NCBI RefSeq assembly: GCF_964194155.1
Contig: NC_135890.1
Location: forward strand, 97,092,001-97,156,000
Direction of reading: 5' to 3'
Origin: Cetorhinus maximus
Taxonomy: Eukaryota
Length of the DNA: 64,000 bases
The notes below the pieces were generated by a model that did not search any database, had not been told where the DNA came from, and worked only from the letters and a program-made list of their open reading frames with translations. Position 1 is the first letter of the stretch. Each line of letters opens with the position of its first letter. Positions 24,665 to 36,914 of the stretch are shown in pieces. The position numbers were made by a program, and so were the translations under genes.

Positions 24665-25990
24665 TCAGACTCCATTCCATGCCAAACCCCTCAGCCTGGG
24701 TGAGAAGGGCTCAAATTTTCCTGAATCAGAAGACCTCTGATATTCATGGCATCCCGACGAGCCCTTCACAGCCTGAGCCAAGGCACCTGTCAAGTCAGTG
24801 TCATCTCTCTTGATGTCCACTTCCCCTTCCTGCTCCTGCTCTTCCCCTGATGAGCTGTCTTCTTCCAAGGCCTCACCATCCTTAAGGTCCACACTGCTCC
24901 GGAGGGCCATGATATGGAGAATGCAGCAGACCATCACTATGACTGAAACCCTTGCGAGATGGTACTGGATGACACCACGCAACCAGTTCAGGCACCGGAA
25001 GCACACCTGGAGAAGCCTGATCACCTGCTCAATGATGGTCCTAGTGAGCAGGTGGCTTTGGTTGTATTACATCTGTACCTCTGTCTGGTGCTCCTGCAGA
25101 GGGGCAAGTGGCCGTGTCTTCAAGGGATATCACTTGTCTCCTGAGTTGCATCCACGCATTTGGGGGCTGGAGTGAAGATCTGAGGCAGCATGGACTGCCA
25201 AAGAATGAAGGAGTCATGACAGCTGCCAGGAAACTGAGCACGCACATGGACGAATCTCCTGTTGTGACCATAGACAGGCTGAACATTAAGGGAGTGGAAG
25301 CCCTTTCTGTTGATGGATCTCACTGGCTGGTTGCCAAATGCCTTGATGGCCACATGGATGCAAGCAATAAAGGCCTGCACCGAGGGGAATCCAGCAATCG
25401 CAGTAAAACCCACTGCCTTCTACGCCTGCGAGGCCACATCTGTTGTGAAATGAATGTACACTTCAGCTTTGGCAAAGAGGGCATCAGTGATGTGTGAGAT
25501 GCAGCAGTGTGATGACATTTACGAGATCCAGTGAGGTCCACAGCTGATCATTGTAAGGAGTTAGAAGCAAAGAAGTTCAAGGCCACAGTGACTTTGATGG
25601 CCACTGGCAGGGCGTGGCGGCCAGTGCTGCGAGGTGCGAGACCCTTGGCCACAAGGCCACAGATGTTGGTGACCCCCTGCCTGGAGAGTTGAGGTCTCCT
25701 GAGGCAGAGTTACAGTCTTCAGTGGTAGATTCTCTGGTGAGGGTCTGGCCCTTGTTGCCTTCCTGTCCAGTTTTCCTCTCCCTTGCCCTCCTGCTGCTTG
25801 GGATGTTCTGTCCTTCCTGCAAAGGATGTTGCCCCTTCATTGAAATTGGGACCAAAATCCAAGAGTTGTGCCCCCATTGCCAGCTGCAGCCTTCCTTTTG
25901 AACAGTTGGCCGCTTTATTGTGATTGGCAGTCTTGCCCTCTGCTCTTCTGCCTCCCACAATGCTAGAGGGGTGATGACCCCATTCAATGC
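24665..25990 (-). pseudogene. Harbinger (HARBI1-like, DDE_Tnp_4) transposase remnant
   Basis: HALPVAIKVTVALNFFAS; IAGFPSVQAFIACIHVAIKA; INRKGFHSLNVQ; FPGSCHDSFIL; FRCL..CCILH; acidic tail; split across frames. Confidence 0.9.
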
Positions 25991-26582
25991 CCATCACTGT
26001 GCCCACTCTCCTCACCACCTCTGCAGCGCCAAGGGCACCTCACCAAATACCAAGTTCCCCTTTGCCTTGCTCACCCTCTTATGGGGCCGGGGTCATTCCC
26101 TAGGCGGGTCATGACGCGTTGCTCACTTGGCACCCGCCTTCCTTCAGCTGATCAGCATTGGACAATCCGTGTAACCTGTGATTGGCACCTCCCCATCTAA
26201 CAATCTCTTAATGAGCTGTTGACGTTCTTTAATTGGCCTTAATCAGGTGGTGGACTGGATTACTGTCCCACCGTCCGGGTGAACATTGCCAGCCCTGGGA
26301 ACGGCCTCCTGAAACTGACACGCCAGCTGCTGCCTGTAATTTCGGACTCCCCCACCTTCATTCCCGTTATTGGTGGCCCAAAAATTCAGCCCCCTTTTTA
26401 TGATGCTTCAGACCCCTTGTTAAAAGAAATGGAGAACTATGCTACACCCATAGAATTATGTTTGACAAACAAATCAATTTTTTGTGTATAAAAGCAAAAT
26501 ACTGCGGATGCTGGAAATCTGAAACAAAAACAAAAATTGCTGGAAAAACTCAGCAGGTCTGACAGCATCCGTGGAGAGAAAG

Positions 26583-26621
26583 AGTTAACGTTTCGAGTCC
26601 AGATGACTCTTCTTCAGAACT
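26583..26621 (-). ncRNA. Minimal type I hammerhead ribozyme motif (GUU site)
   Basis: AGUU-CUGAAGA-A-GAGUC-aucug-GACUC-GAAA-C-GUU-AACU: core, stem II and 4-bp stem I are present. Confidence 0.7.
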
Positions 26622-26888
26622 AAAGAGAAGTAGAAATGTGGTGAAATATATACTGTATAAGAGGGGGCGGGGGGGTGAGACAGATGAAGCTGGATAGGAG
26701 GCCAGTGATAGGTGGAGCCAAAGGAGAGATTGCAAAAGATGTCATACATGACAAAAGATGTTTATGACAACTTTGGCAATCTCTCCTTTGCCTCTACCTA
26801 TCACTGGCCTCCTATCCAGCTTCATCTGTCCCACCCCCCACCCCCCCTCTTATACAGTACATATTTCACCACATTTCTACTTCTCTTT

Positions 26889-26927
26889 AGTTCTGAAGAA
26901 GAGTCATCTGGACTTGAAACGTTAACT
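26889..26927 (+). ncRNA. Minimal type I hammerhead ribozyme motif (G-U closing stem II)
   Basis: AGUU-CUGAAGA-A-GAGUC-aucug-GACUU-GAAA-C-GUU-AACU. Confidence 0.6.
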
Positions 26928-27742
26928 CTTTCTTTTCACAGATGCTGTCAGACCTGCTGAGTTTTTCCAGCAATTTTTGTTTTTGTTTCAATTTTTTGTG
27001 TGTTGCTTCAACTTCAAATTCTACCTCTGATGTCTAGGAATAGTAATTCAGTTATAACCTGTGCTCGCTATTATTGCTAAGTCATCAACCTTAAGCATGA
27101 ATAATGATCCTGCACGCAATCAAAGCATTCGCAAAGTAAAGGAGAGATACCATTACAATTGTGACATATGAAAAACTAGTTTATCTCTGTCAGTCACAGC
27201 TGTTAGTACTGGAATCTTTGAATGAAAAGACTGGTTGAGATTTTCTCTTATGGGGTTACTCCATGGATAACTATAAAATACTTTTTTATATCGTTGATTG
27301 GGGAAGGCTACACATGATGAACACATGACTGAAGTTCCCTCAAATGTTACATAAATCATATTTCACACCTACCCATTGAATATCCAATAATGGAGAGTAA
27401 ATGAAATAATGTTATAAATGAGCATTTTTAACAGTGATGTAAAATTCTAATATGTGTGGATTTATTTTATATTGATTCAATCGTGTTTGTTTCTTCAGTA
27501 TATTTTAGTAGCTGTAAGCAAGAAACTTTATAGTTTCAATTTGTGTAAATGACAACTTGGACATTGTGTACAGGCAGTGTGATTATAAGATTCTTTTGTG
27601 GGATGTGCTTGATGAATAACACATTTATTCAGTAGTCTTTTCTAATTTGCTCAGCTGTAGGAACAAGGAATACTTTCCTATTGTACAACATGTAATTACA
27701 TCATCTTCAAGAAACATTATTCAAATTTTATGGGTGTTGATA

Positions 27743-27834
27743 TAACAGGAAACAGTTCAGAATGATGTTTTTGAAACGTCAGTGGTAGACTGTGAACTCG
27801 TTTCAAGAACATCATTCTGAACTGTTTCCTGTTA
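27743..27834. repeat. 36-bp inverted repeat with 20-nt spacer
   Basis: taacaggaaacagttcagaatgatgtttttgaaacg / cgtttcaagaacatcattctgaactgtttcctgtta, one mismatch. Confidence 0.9.
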
Positions 27835-28653
27835 GTTATATTTATATCTAACTGAAATTATTTTACACAGAGTATGAATAAAAGCAGCTTGAAGAGATGA
27901 AAGATACAATTTGTATCCCATTCATCATGGGATCAATGTATCCCATTGATGGCCTTGACTCACTCATAACTTCTGCTTCAATGATCATTTAAAAATTAAC
28001 AATTACAGAAGGAATAGAGCAAGAAGGTGATCCTGCTACCAACTACCACCTGCTTTCAGTAAGGCTGCATAACAGCACTGAAAAAAATTCTATTGATGGA
28101 ATATGCAAAATGCCAAAGAGCCAGGGCAATAAAATTTCAAGTAACCCCCTTGATTTAGAAAGGTGTCAGATCTATATCCACCCACAATTTATAATTTAAA
28201 TCCCTGCTAACATGACTTCAGGATGGCAAATGGAAACTTTTAGTGACAAGTGTAAGCTGCTGCACAAAAGCAAAATATAAGCAAACCAAACCCTATGTTT
28301 ATGTTGCTTTTTATATCTTGGTGCTAGAAATGATGAAAGCTAAGGAATGCAAACAGTTTATTGTAGGAAATGCTGGTATAAAGAAGTTAAAATAGGTCCA
28401 TCTAAATGACAACAGAGAAGGTAATTCTCTTCATGGGGGCTACATTCCAAAAATAACTAACTTTGTATTGATAATGCCATGAATAGAATGCACAACCAAC
28501 CAAAAATTAGCATGAGTAAAAGAAACCAATTCTCTTATAAAAATGATGGAGAAATATCCCTTACTTTCTTCCATTTATAAAGTCACATAATTTTAATTTT
28601 ATTTTAATTCCAGATGGGAAAACTACAAAAAATTTGCAGCAAAAGCAATAAGG

Positions 28654-29569
28654 GGATGGAATCTTCAGCCCCTTTCAGTCACTGGGCGGGACCATCTTTG
28701 GGTCCTGATCCCACACTTGCCATCAGCACATTCACTGGTGCGATGTTGTAGGAGGCAGCCTCTGAAGGTGTTATTTTTTATATTAAAAATGCGTTCATAG
28801 CTGTGGCGCACTGATCCCTGCGCCTCCAGTGGATGTTGTTGGGCAGGGGGGGGGGGGGGGATAAGTGTAAGGAGGCCAGAAAGTCAACTCCAATCATTTG
28901 CTAGGCTTTGGCCTTAGTGGGAAGACCCATCCTCGTGGGGAGGGTCCCTGCAGTGTCCCCAATCCTTCCACAATTAATTATTCAATATATAATTTTTTTT
29001 GTGTCTTCTTTCTTTATTCCTTCATGTTGTATTCAGATGCCTACTATGCAGCCATTCACACCCCATCTGGATACATCTTTCTTTTGTTTCTTAATTACTA
29101 TATCCATTACCACTTCCTTTGGCTTTTGTACCATGAAACCTTTTATCATTTAATCTCCCCTGCTCTCCCCACCCTATTAAAGTCCTTCCCTGTTATTCTT
29201 CCTGCCCCCTCCCCTCTTCCACTGGCTCAAAACCTGTTACATTTGTATCTTTCCTCAGTTCCGATGAAGGGTTCTCGATCTGAAACGTTAACTCTGTTTT
29301 TCTCTCCACAGGTGCTGCCTGACCTGCTGAGTACTTCCAGCATTTCTTGTTTTCATTTCAGATTTCCAGCATCATGCAGTATTTTGCTTTTGTGTTTGAC
29401 TTAATTATTCAAATTGGCTACCTATCGCTGCTGGCTTTGATGACCTGCCTCTGGCAAGATTGGCCAGTGCCAGGAACGCTTTGGACCACTGACCCAACAT
29501 CTTCATAGCTAAATTTCCTCCTGGTCCCACCTTCAGACCTGTTACCGCCAGACTGAGAACATTCCATCT
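28654..29569. mobile_element. Possible old Harbinger-type MITE interrupted by a Penelope fragment
   Basis: Ends gatggaatctt / aacattccatc resemble the termini of 9096-9804; GC-rich interior; no clean TSD. Confidence 0.45.
29030..29392 (+). mobile_element. Penelope-like element 3' fragment
   Basis: 3'UTR similar to the reverse complement of 33100-33250, ending in the terminal repeat with a variant core (CCGATGA..GAAACGTTAACT). Confidence 0.75.
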
Positions 29570-32500
29570 AAAGTGTTCTCAACTTTAAAATCTACTATTT
29601 GCTTAACCTTCAGATTTACACTAATTATGTATAATTCTGAATTTTGATTAAGCTGTTAGTTCATAGAACCGCTTACTATGAATATTTTTGCTAACTTACA
29701 AATTTGTAACATTAATTCAACAATAGAAATGAAAGTTTTAATTATTATTTAAATTGAATGGATTTATTCTAAACAGCCTAAGTTAGCAATGTTACATCTG
29801 TAGACCAAAGATTTTTCTTATAACTAGGTTCTTGGAGAATTGAAGACATGGTATTATGATGACTGCTAATCTTTGTATAGATTATTTTCCTACTGTCTCA
29901 AATATTTCTGTTAGCAGTAGTGCCGGTTTACAATGAAAAACCTATACTTCTCTTTTCCTGCAGTTTAGAATTGCTAAAAAAAAATCCTAACCTGCACAAT
30001 AATAATGTATCACAATCTTCACAAAAAGGTATAAAGTGAGATATATCAGAAAAAGAATCAGTGTAATTGGTGATCAACACATCAGGACACTCTCATAGCT
30101 AGTGGTTACAGAATATTAATGATGGTGATCTGGGAGGTTATTGCCCTCTCTGCTATGTAATGGTACATGGAACTGGACATCTAAAGAGGGAAGAAAAAAC
30201 AATATGAAACATAGTCACTGCTTTTATAATTTAGTATCCAAAAGAACCTGACATACTGTGCTCTGTAATTTTGTACCAGTACCAAATGCTAGGGACAGAA
30301 AAGAAGCAATGGTGCTGGCCAGTTTAAAAATAATACTAAATTATTGGACGAAGGCAGAGGATTGCCAGTAATTCAATCTCTAGTTCAACCTCACAGTTTA
30401 TAATGTCATTCAAGCCTCTTGATTGGATTACTCTCTTGTAATCTACTCCCATCCATCCAGTATCTCCTTTGTAATTTAATACTTTTGTTACATGTTCACT
30501 TTGGCACTTAAACCCCATCTTTCTTAAATGCGTCCAGCTTTTCTAGGCCTTCAATTTAAGTGCACAAAATAAACAGGTTGATGGCTATGTTAAAATATCA
30601 GACAGAGGAATATCATACAAACATGTTAAGCATTCATCTGTTATTATCACCAGTAGTAATTTACAGGTTGTGATGTACTAATTTCCCACATCCTTTCACT
30701 CCTTTGTGATAATTGTTTATTTAACCAAATTTCTTAAAGTCTTTTACCGAACACCGGATCATTTAAGAAAGATGATACTGGCTGCTGTCATATACTCGGT
30801 TGTCACTTTGTTTCTTCCTCCTCAAGTGTTGACAAACTGGCGAATTAGCTGTCCCCGAAAATATCCAATGTAAGACTGGGGAGGGAAGGGTGTTTGGGAA
30901 ACACAGGGATAAATCTATATCCTGCTAGGCAATTGCAATTGGAGCATCAGCATTCTGTGCCACCATGTCTTCCCTTCTCACCTTATGTCTTAGTTGGAGC
31001 TCACTTGAAAATATATTTTATGTGAATTTTTTTCCCATGGTGGTATTAGTGCTCTTGTGGCGTCTCAGATAGATGCAGAAGGTGGTGGGCAGCACAAATG
31101 ATACTTTTCTGCTCCTCCTTGGCTCCCAGTAGCTCCATGAAAGCAACATGCACGAGGAGCGCAAGGATTGCATACAGACTCTACCAGTGTAAGAGTCTGG
31201 CGAGAAAACGGTGGCCTAAACAGAATGCCAGTCATCTCATATTGTTATCTTTTTTACTCAGTATAGGCATTGTCAGAAGGATGCTTAAGAATAAGCTTGT
31301 CATGGAGTCTCCGAAAATCAAGTACGCCTTTAAGCGGCCACTGTAATGGTTCTCTGAGCATTCACCAGGGATAATTACATGAGGCATCTGTTGTCGTTGT
31401 TGTCTCTGGCTGCATCCTGTTGTTATGCCACCTAAGATGCAGGCCAAAAAAAGTGCACGAGTGTAATTACAAACATTAATTACATAGCAAGGCTGTTGAG
31501 TAAACTGGGAAAATACATTTTAAAAAATGAAAATGACCTGGTTACAAGTCAGTAAAACATTAAATGTTATTCCAACCTACATAGCTGATTATCAGCAAGT
31601 GGGTTTGGGGGCCTGGAGTGTACCCTGTAATTTAACAAAAGTGTACTTGACAAGTTGACTTATGGTCTGTGTTGCTGAAAGAAAGCCTAAAATAGTTTGT
31701 ATATAAGAATAGGATTGTGAGCATATCATGCAAAATATATGATTTATGGTTAGTTTTCACGATCTATTAAAGTGTATTTATAATTTCCTTAACTGTCTTG
31801 TATAAAAGCTGCTACAGTTTAGAAAAATAATTGACGTCAATCCTTCTCTTAGGCTGCAAACATTCTGCAACAGTATTGTAAATCCAAAGAAGGCCTTAAG
31901 ACTCCCGAGGGAGGGGAAGTGAGATTCCCTGGAAGAGGGAGCTTCATTTTGCTTTGATCTGGATTTACTGTAGGCAGCGACTGGATTTACACCACAATTT
32001 CTTAACATCACTGTAAAGGAGAATCACTTTTCACTGATACTGCAACTGCAATGTAAATACTACAGGCCAGAAACTCTGTAGGAAAGAAACCGTCGCTCTT
32101 ACTGAAACTTTCAAATCCACAACTTGGAGAAGGGAATGTTTTAAATAAAATTGGGATTATAGTAGAGAATGGTATTACTACATGATCTATTTTTAAGGGA
32201 AATCCATAAGTATTGATTAATATCCACTCTAAAGACCGTTTGCTGGAGTGCAGCATTTAAATAAACTATTTTCTGAGTAAATAGACTTTGTTTGGTGTGA
32301 AATAGATTTTCTGAGCCCCACCATAAATCCCATCCTGCCTCCAATTCATTGGCCAATACGGTCAAGCCAATAGACACTGATCAATTTATAGGCAAAATTC
32401 TTTGGGTACATTTGTATTTTTACTTGGAAAAAGTACATTTTCTCCTTCTTCAAGTTGGTGAATCATCATGAGGTATGATTTCAAGGGTGCTGAAAGCTCC

Positions 32501-32931
32501 CTGGCATGTTATCCATGTGATCGATCTTCATGGGTGAGGCTAAACAGTGAATATTAGTAGGCAAATGGAAAATGGGGGCATTAATACCAAGCTCAACCAT
32601 GTTCTGCATTGGATGTCTATACTTAAACTTTTTAGCAGAGCTCGCTGAACAGCAATTAATGGCAGGAAACCAGGATTGATATTTAACCCCCTTCCTAACC
32701 TGGGGATTCTGAAGGCAGTTGCAATGTAGCCAGGCCTGCCCCAGCAAAGATCCACCAATGTAGGAAAAAGGAATGAAGCCTGGGACCTTACGAGCGTGTA
32801 TTGCTAAGAAGCAAGCACAACAAAGTGGTGTATGTACCTAATGAGCCAGCAATGAAACAACACATTTTTAATACTGTACAACAGTATTTGATGTTCTACT
32901 TTGATGCAGTCAATGGAAGACTGTTAGCTAT

Positions 32932-33636
32932 AATAAAAACAGAAAATGCTGGAAAAACTCGGCAGGTCTGGCAGCACCTGTGGAGGAAGAAACAGAGTTA
33001 ATGTTTTGAGTCCGTATGATTCTTTTTCAGAGCTGAAGAGAGGTAGAAATGTGATGGGTTTTATACTGTTGAAGAGGGGATGGAGCAGGTGGAGCAAAAT
33101 AGAAGGACAGTGATAGGTGGGAGCTCAAGTGAGATTTGACAAAGATGTCATGTACACAAGACAAAGGGAGTGGTAATGATAGTGTTAAAGATTAAAGCAG
33201 GTCCTAATAGTGGCATAAAGGTCAGATAGCAGAATGTGTTAATAGCAGAACAAGGGTCAGCGCTCCGTGAAAGATAAACATAAGAACAAGTTACAGACTG
33301 GCCTATGGGACGAGGGGGTTGGGAAAAAAATATCAAAATGGAGGGTAGAGTTTATGGTCTGAAGTTGTTGAACTCAATGTTAAGTCCAGAATGCTGTAAA
33401 GTGTCTATCAGAAGAGGAAGTGCTGATCCTCCAGTTTGCGCTGGGCTTCACTGGAACATTGTAGCAGACCAAGGACAGAAATGTGGGCATGAGAGCAGGA
33501 TGGTGAATTGAAATGGCAAAGGTCGGGGTCATGCTTATGGACTGAGCCAAGGTGTTCCACAAAGCGGTCACCCAGTTTGAGTTTAGTCTCCCCAGTGTAG
33601 AGGAGACTGCATTGTGAGCAACGAATGCAGTAGATG
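32932..33636 (-). mobile_element. Penelope-like retroelement, 5'-truncated, with GIY-YIG endonuclease remnant (33352-33635)
   Basis: Minus strand IYCIRCSQCSLLYTGETKLKLGDRFVEHLGSV..CHFNSPSCSH..RKLEDQH..GLNIEFNNF, followed by a 3'UTR and the terminal repeat shared with the palindromes. Confidence 0.88.
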
Positions 33637-34411
33637 ATTCTTTGCTATCTGCTATATAATTTAGAAAGAAACTTGAAATAAAAATACTAGCCTAAAACAA
33701 TCATGTAATTGTTACTATTTGTGATCAAGTCTCAGAAATGGAAAGTTTTGTCAAATGCAGGTAATCTAAACCTAAACACTCTGCTTTGAATATAGTGTCT
33801 CCATCGCATTTTTGTATCTTTATGGTTACTCTTTGAGTCTGTGATGCTAATGTGGAGAATATACAAGTGAAAACTTAGCAGCATTCTAGTTGGAATGCTG
33901 TGCAACCTGAGAGTCAAAAAATCTGTCATTTTTGTATTATTTTTTCATTTGCTGAATACTATATCCTAATTATACCACATCTTTCAGTGCCTGGCATGGA
34001 GAAATTTCCACTTTCAGTGGCATTTTTAAATAATCAAACAAAATTAAGACTGTGGCTGCCAGGTAATGCTTCTTTATCACTTTTTTTAACAATACTTCAA
34101 AAATACCTAATTTGCTGTAAAACACTTTGGGACCGTCTGAGGTTGTGAAAGGCACTATGTTAATGCAAGTCTTTCTCTCAACTCTATGATGAAATTTTAG
34201 CTGGTGTTGAAAATGACCATTGCATGTGACAAACCAATGATGCTTTGTGTTTTTGTGATACATAAAAGGCATTCTCTTGATACTGGAAAGCTAAGAAAAG
34301 TGCTGTGGAATTCTTTTTCTTTCAGCTTATTTCATTTATAAAATTCACTTATTCAGAGACTATTATTAGAATGTAATTCTATAACATTTCAACAGATTTT
34401 GGAGACTCCAT

Positions 34412-34786
34412 GGGGAGAATTTTTCCAATGGTGGCAGGCTGGGCGGGGGCGGGCGCAGAGTCAATCGCCGCCTGCAATTGGCTGATCGCCGCCATTTAAC
34501 GTGGGCGGGCCAATTAAGGCCCACCCAGCGTAATGTGCAGCCAATAGCACTCAGCACTACCTGTGTGAGTGGGGGGAGGAGCGCGAAAGAGCGCAGCAAT
34601 CTCCCTGAGGCACGGAGCTGCCTCAGGGAGATTGAATGGATTAGAAAACTTTTTAATAAATAAACATTTATTTAAACTTGTACCCTCATGTGACAGTGTC
34701 GGGACACATGCCCGACATCATCTGGCGTCATTTTACGCGTCGGCGTGTTGGGCCCACGCCTGCACGCTGACCAGAAGATTCAGCCC
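34412..34786 (-). mobile_element. Harbinger-type MITE, internally deleted relative of 9096-9804
   Basis: Ends ggggagaattttt / aagattcagccc, 3-bp TSD CAT; blocks match 9140-9170 and 9540-9710 in reverse. Confidence 0.82.
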
Positions 34787-35064
34787 CATGTGATTTTGGC
34801 AATTTAGCTAATTCTGGTGTATGGGAAGCAGAATTTGTATTTTTCACCTTTTTCTCAGAAACAGCTAATCCAATCTTCAAGGTTGTGAATCGCGTTAGGA
34901 TATAGTGCTCCAGAAGTTAGCAGCCTTCCTGTACTTACCTAATTGGCTTTTCTTCATATGTATTCTGGACAATGATTGTTAGTTGGCTCTTTGACAAGAG
35001 GAATATTGCCCCTGAGCATATTCCTGGAATCACGCAACTCCCATAAGCAAGCTTTTTGGAAAAA

Positions 35065-35420
35065 AGGTTTGCATGTATAAAGTGTCTTTTACAACCACAG
35101 AATATCCCAAAATGCTTTACAGCCAATGGAGTAATTTTGAAGTGCAGTCACAGCAGCCAATTTGTGCACAGAAAGCTCTCACAAACAGTAGTGTGATAAC
35201 AACCTGATTATCTGTTTTTGTGATGTTGATTGAGGGATAAATATTGGCCATGACACTGCAATAACTCTTCTACTCTTCCTCAAAATAGTGATCTTTTACA
35301 TCCACCTGAGATGGCAGACAGGGCCTCGATTTAACTTCTCATCTGAAAGGCAGCACCTCTAACAGTGCAGCATTCCCTCAGTACTGAAATGGAGTAAATA
35401 CCTTGATTTTTGTACTTAAG
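35065..35420 (-). mobile_element. DeuSINE
   Basis: Deu-type core tgagggataaatattggcc..atccacctgaga.ggcagacagggcctcg..cagtgcagcattccctcagtactg. Confidence 0.75.
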
Positions 35421-36190
35421 TCCTATATGGCAAACATAACTGGATAGAATTAAAGGAAGGGGAACCCTTGCTAATTTCCCTCCTCTAATTGTAGCATCTT
35501 TATTGCCCTGCTGACTGAGACTGACTCTCTGGTTACTGTTTGTAGTTTCTTTGTGTGTGTTTTAATTGCTTACCTAAATCCCACATGCCAACAGTGTTCT
35601 GATAACTTGCCCAAGTGGTCATTCTTCTTGTGTTGCATGTGCGTAGAGAATGAGTGCCAAGTAGGATATCACAGCCAAACCCAATCCTGCTATCACACAA
35701 TGTCCAAAGTTCATGCACAAGTTTTTTTTTAAAGCAGGGATCACAAGATAAGAATCAGGAGTGGGAATTACATGTGATTTTACTTCCTCTTTTCCTTACC
35801 AAGGGCAGTGAGGCCAGCTGTTGCCCTGGTTAAGATCAGAAACTTGGCAAAGACCAGGTACTGAACCTCCTTTATCCGTATGGCTCAGTACTTATTACAT
35901 TGGGCAGTGCCTGTACCCATTAGGCCAGCAGGAAACAATTTGATTATAAACTAGGACTAGTTGTAAAAGCATTTTTTTGCATTTAAATACATAGGTTACA
36001 TGGAGGTTGTTGGTTGCATTTTATTTCACCTGATAATTATGATTTGGTACACTCTATCATGTTGTGGTAACGTTTTTATTAAGGTAATGGTTCGAAAAAT
36101 TGCATGGATTATAGTGAAGGTGCCACTGGAAGTACATGACTACCTACCATATAATACACAAAAAGGAACAATGAACTAGCTAACTTCAAG

Positions 36191-36395
36191 ATAAAAGCAA
36201 AATACTGCGGATGCTGGAAATCTAGAACAAAAACAAAAATACCTGGAAAAACTCAGCAGGTCCGACAGCATCTGCAGAGAGGGATACAGTTGACGTTTCG
36301 AGTCCGTATGACCCTTCATCAGAACTAAGAAATATAGAAATGAGATGAAATATAAGCTGGTAGAGGGGGGTGGGACAGGAAAGAGGGGACCTGGT
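36191..36395 (-). mobile_element. Penelope-derived terminal repeat, single well-preserved copy
   Basis: Same repeat family; contains a canonical hammerhead core. Confidence 0.85.
36288..36326 (-). ncRNA. Minimal type I hammerhead ribozyme motif (GUC site)
   Basis: AGUU-CUGAUGA-A-GGGUC-auacg-GACUC-GAAA-C-GUC-AACU: all core nucleotides, stem II, stem I and the GUC triplet; stem III is reduced to a self-complementary ACGU. Confidence 0.78.
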
Positions 36396-36914
36396 GACAC
36401 TTAAGTAACAAAGTTGTAAATAGGTGTATATTTTATGAGGGGAATGAAAAATAAATTTTAGTTCTATTGTTTGTCATTCCGGAATCTTTACTATAAGTAA
36501 CATAGTAATGTTATTCAGGGAGGAGACTATTGATGCATCTAGAATGATTACCTAATTATCTTTCACTTTTGCAACATACCTCTATGTTACATTGGCGTCC
36601 ATTTTCAAACAGGCTGACAAGGGAAACAAGGGCAACTGCAGTTTCATTGCTCTTACTTCATTCAATACTGAATCACATTAATTGAACTGATTATCAGATT
36701 ATCTTCAAATTAATAACCTAGTAAATAATAGTTAGCCTTCATTCAGGAAGGGAAGATTCTACCTGACTAATCTCATCGAAGCTTTTGAGGAAGTGTCATC
36801 GACCTGAAATATGAACTCCCCTTTCTCTCTCTGCACATTTTGACAAATCTGCTGAGCACTCTCTGCATTTTCTTTCAGATTTCCAACAACTGCAGTATTT
36901 TGCTGTTCTATATT

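Larger units (their letters stand above)
20255..26392. mobile_element. Decayed autonomous-type PIF/Harbinger transposon with convergent transposase and Myb/SANT genes
   Basis: Right end aaaattcagccc; subterminal gggaatg.aggtggg.gag motif present inverted at both ends; two convergent gene remnants; the left boundary is approximate. Confidence 0.8.
26488..26987. mobile_element. Penelope-derived palindromic insertion (~230-bp arms)
   Basis: Inverted arms about 26520-26748 / 26760-26990 with few mismatches; 14-bp TSD tcaattttttgtgt at 26474-26487 and 26988-27001. Confidence 0.9.

Noticed and set aside
24665-25990. Domesticated HARBI1 gene (with NAIF1/MSANTD-like partner)
   Set aside because: Multiple frameshifts and stops, catalytic motif decayed (IAC for IDC), CR1 insertions and a transposon terminus present.
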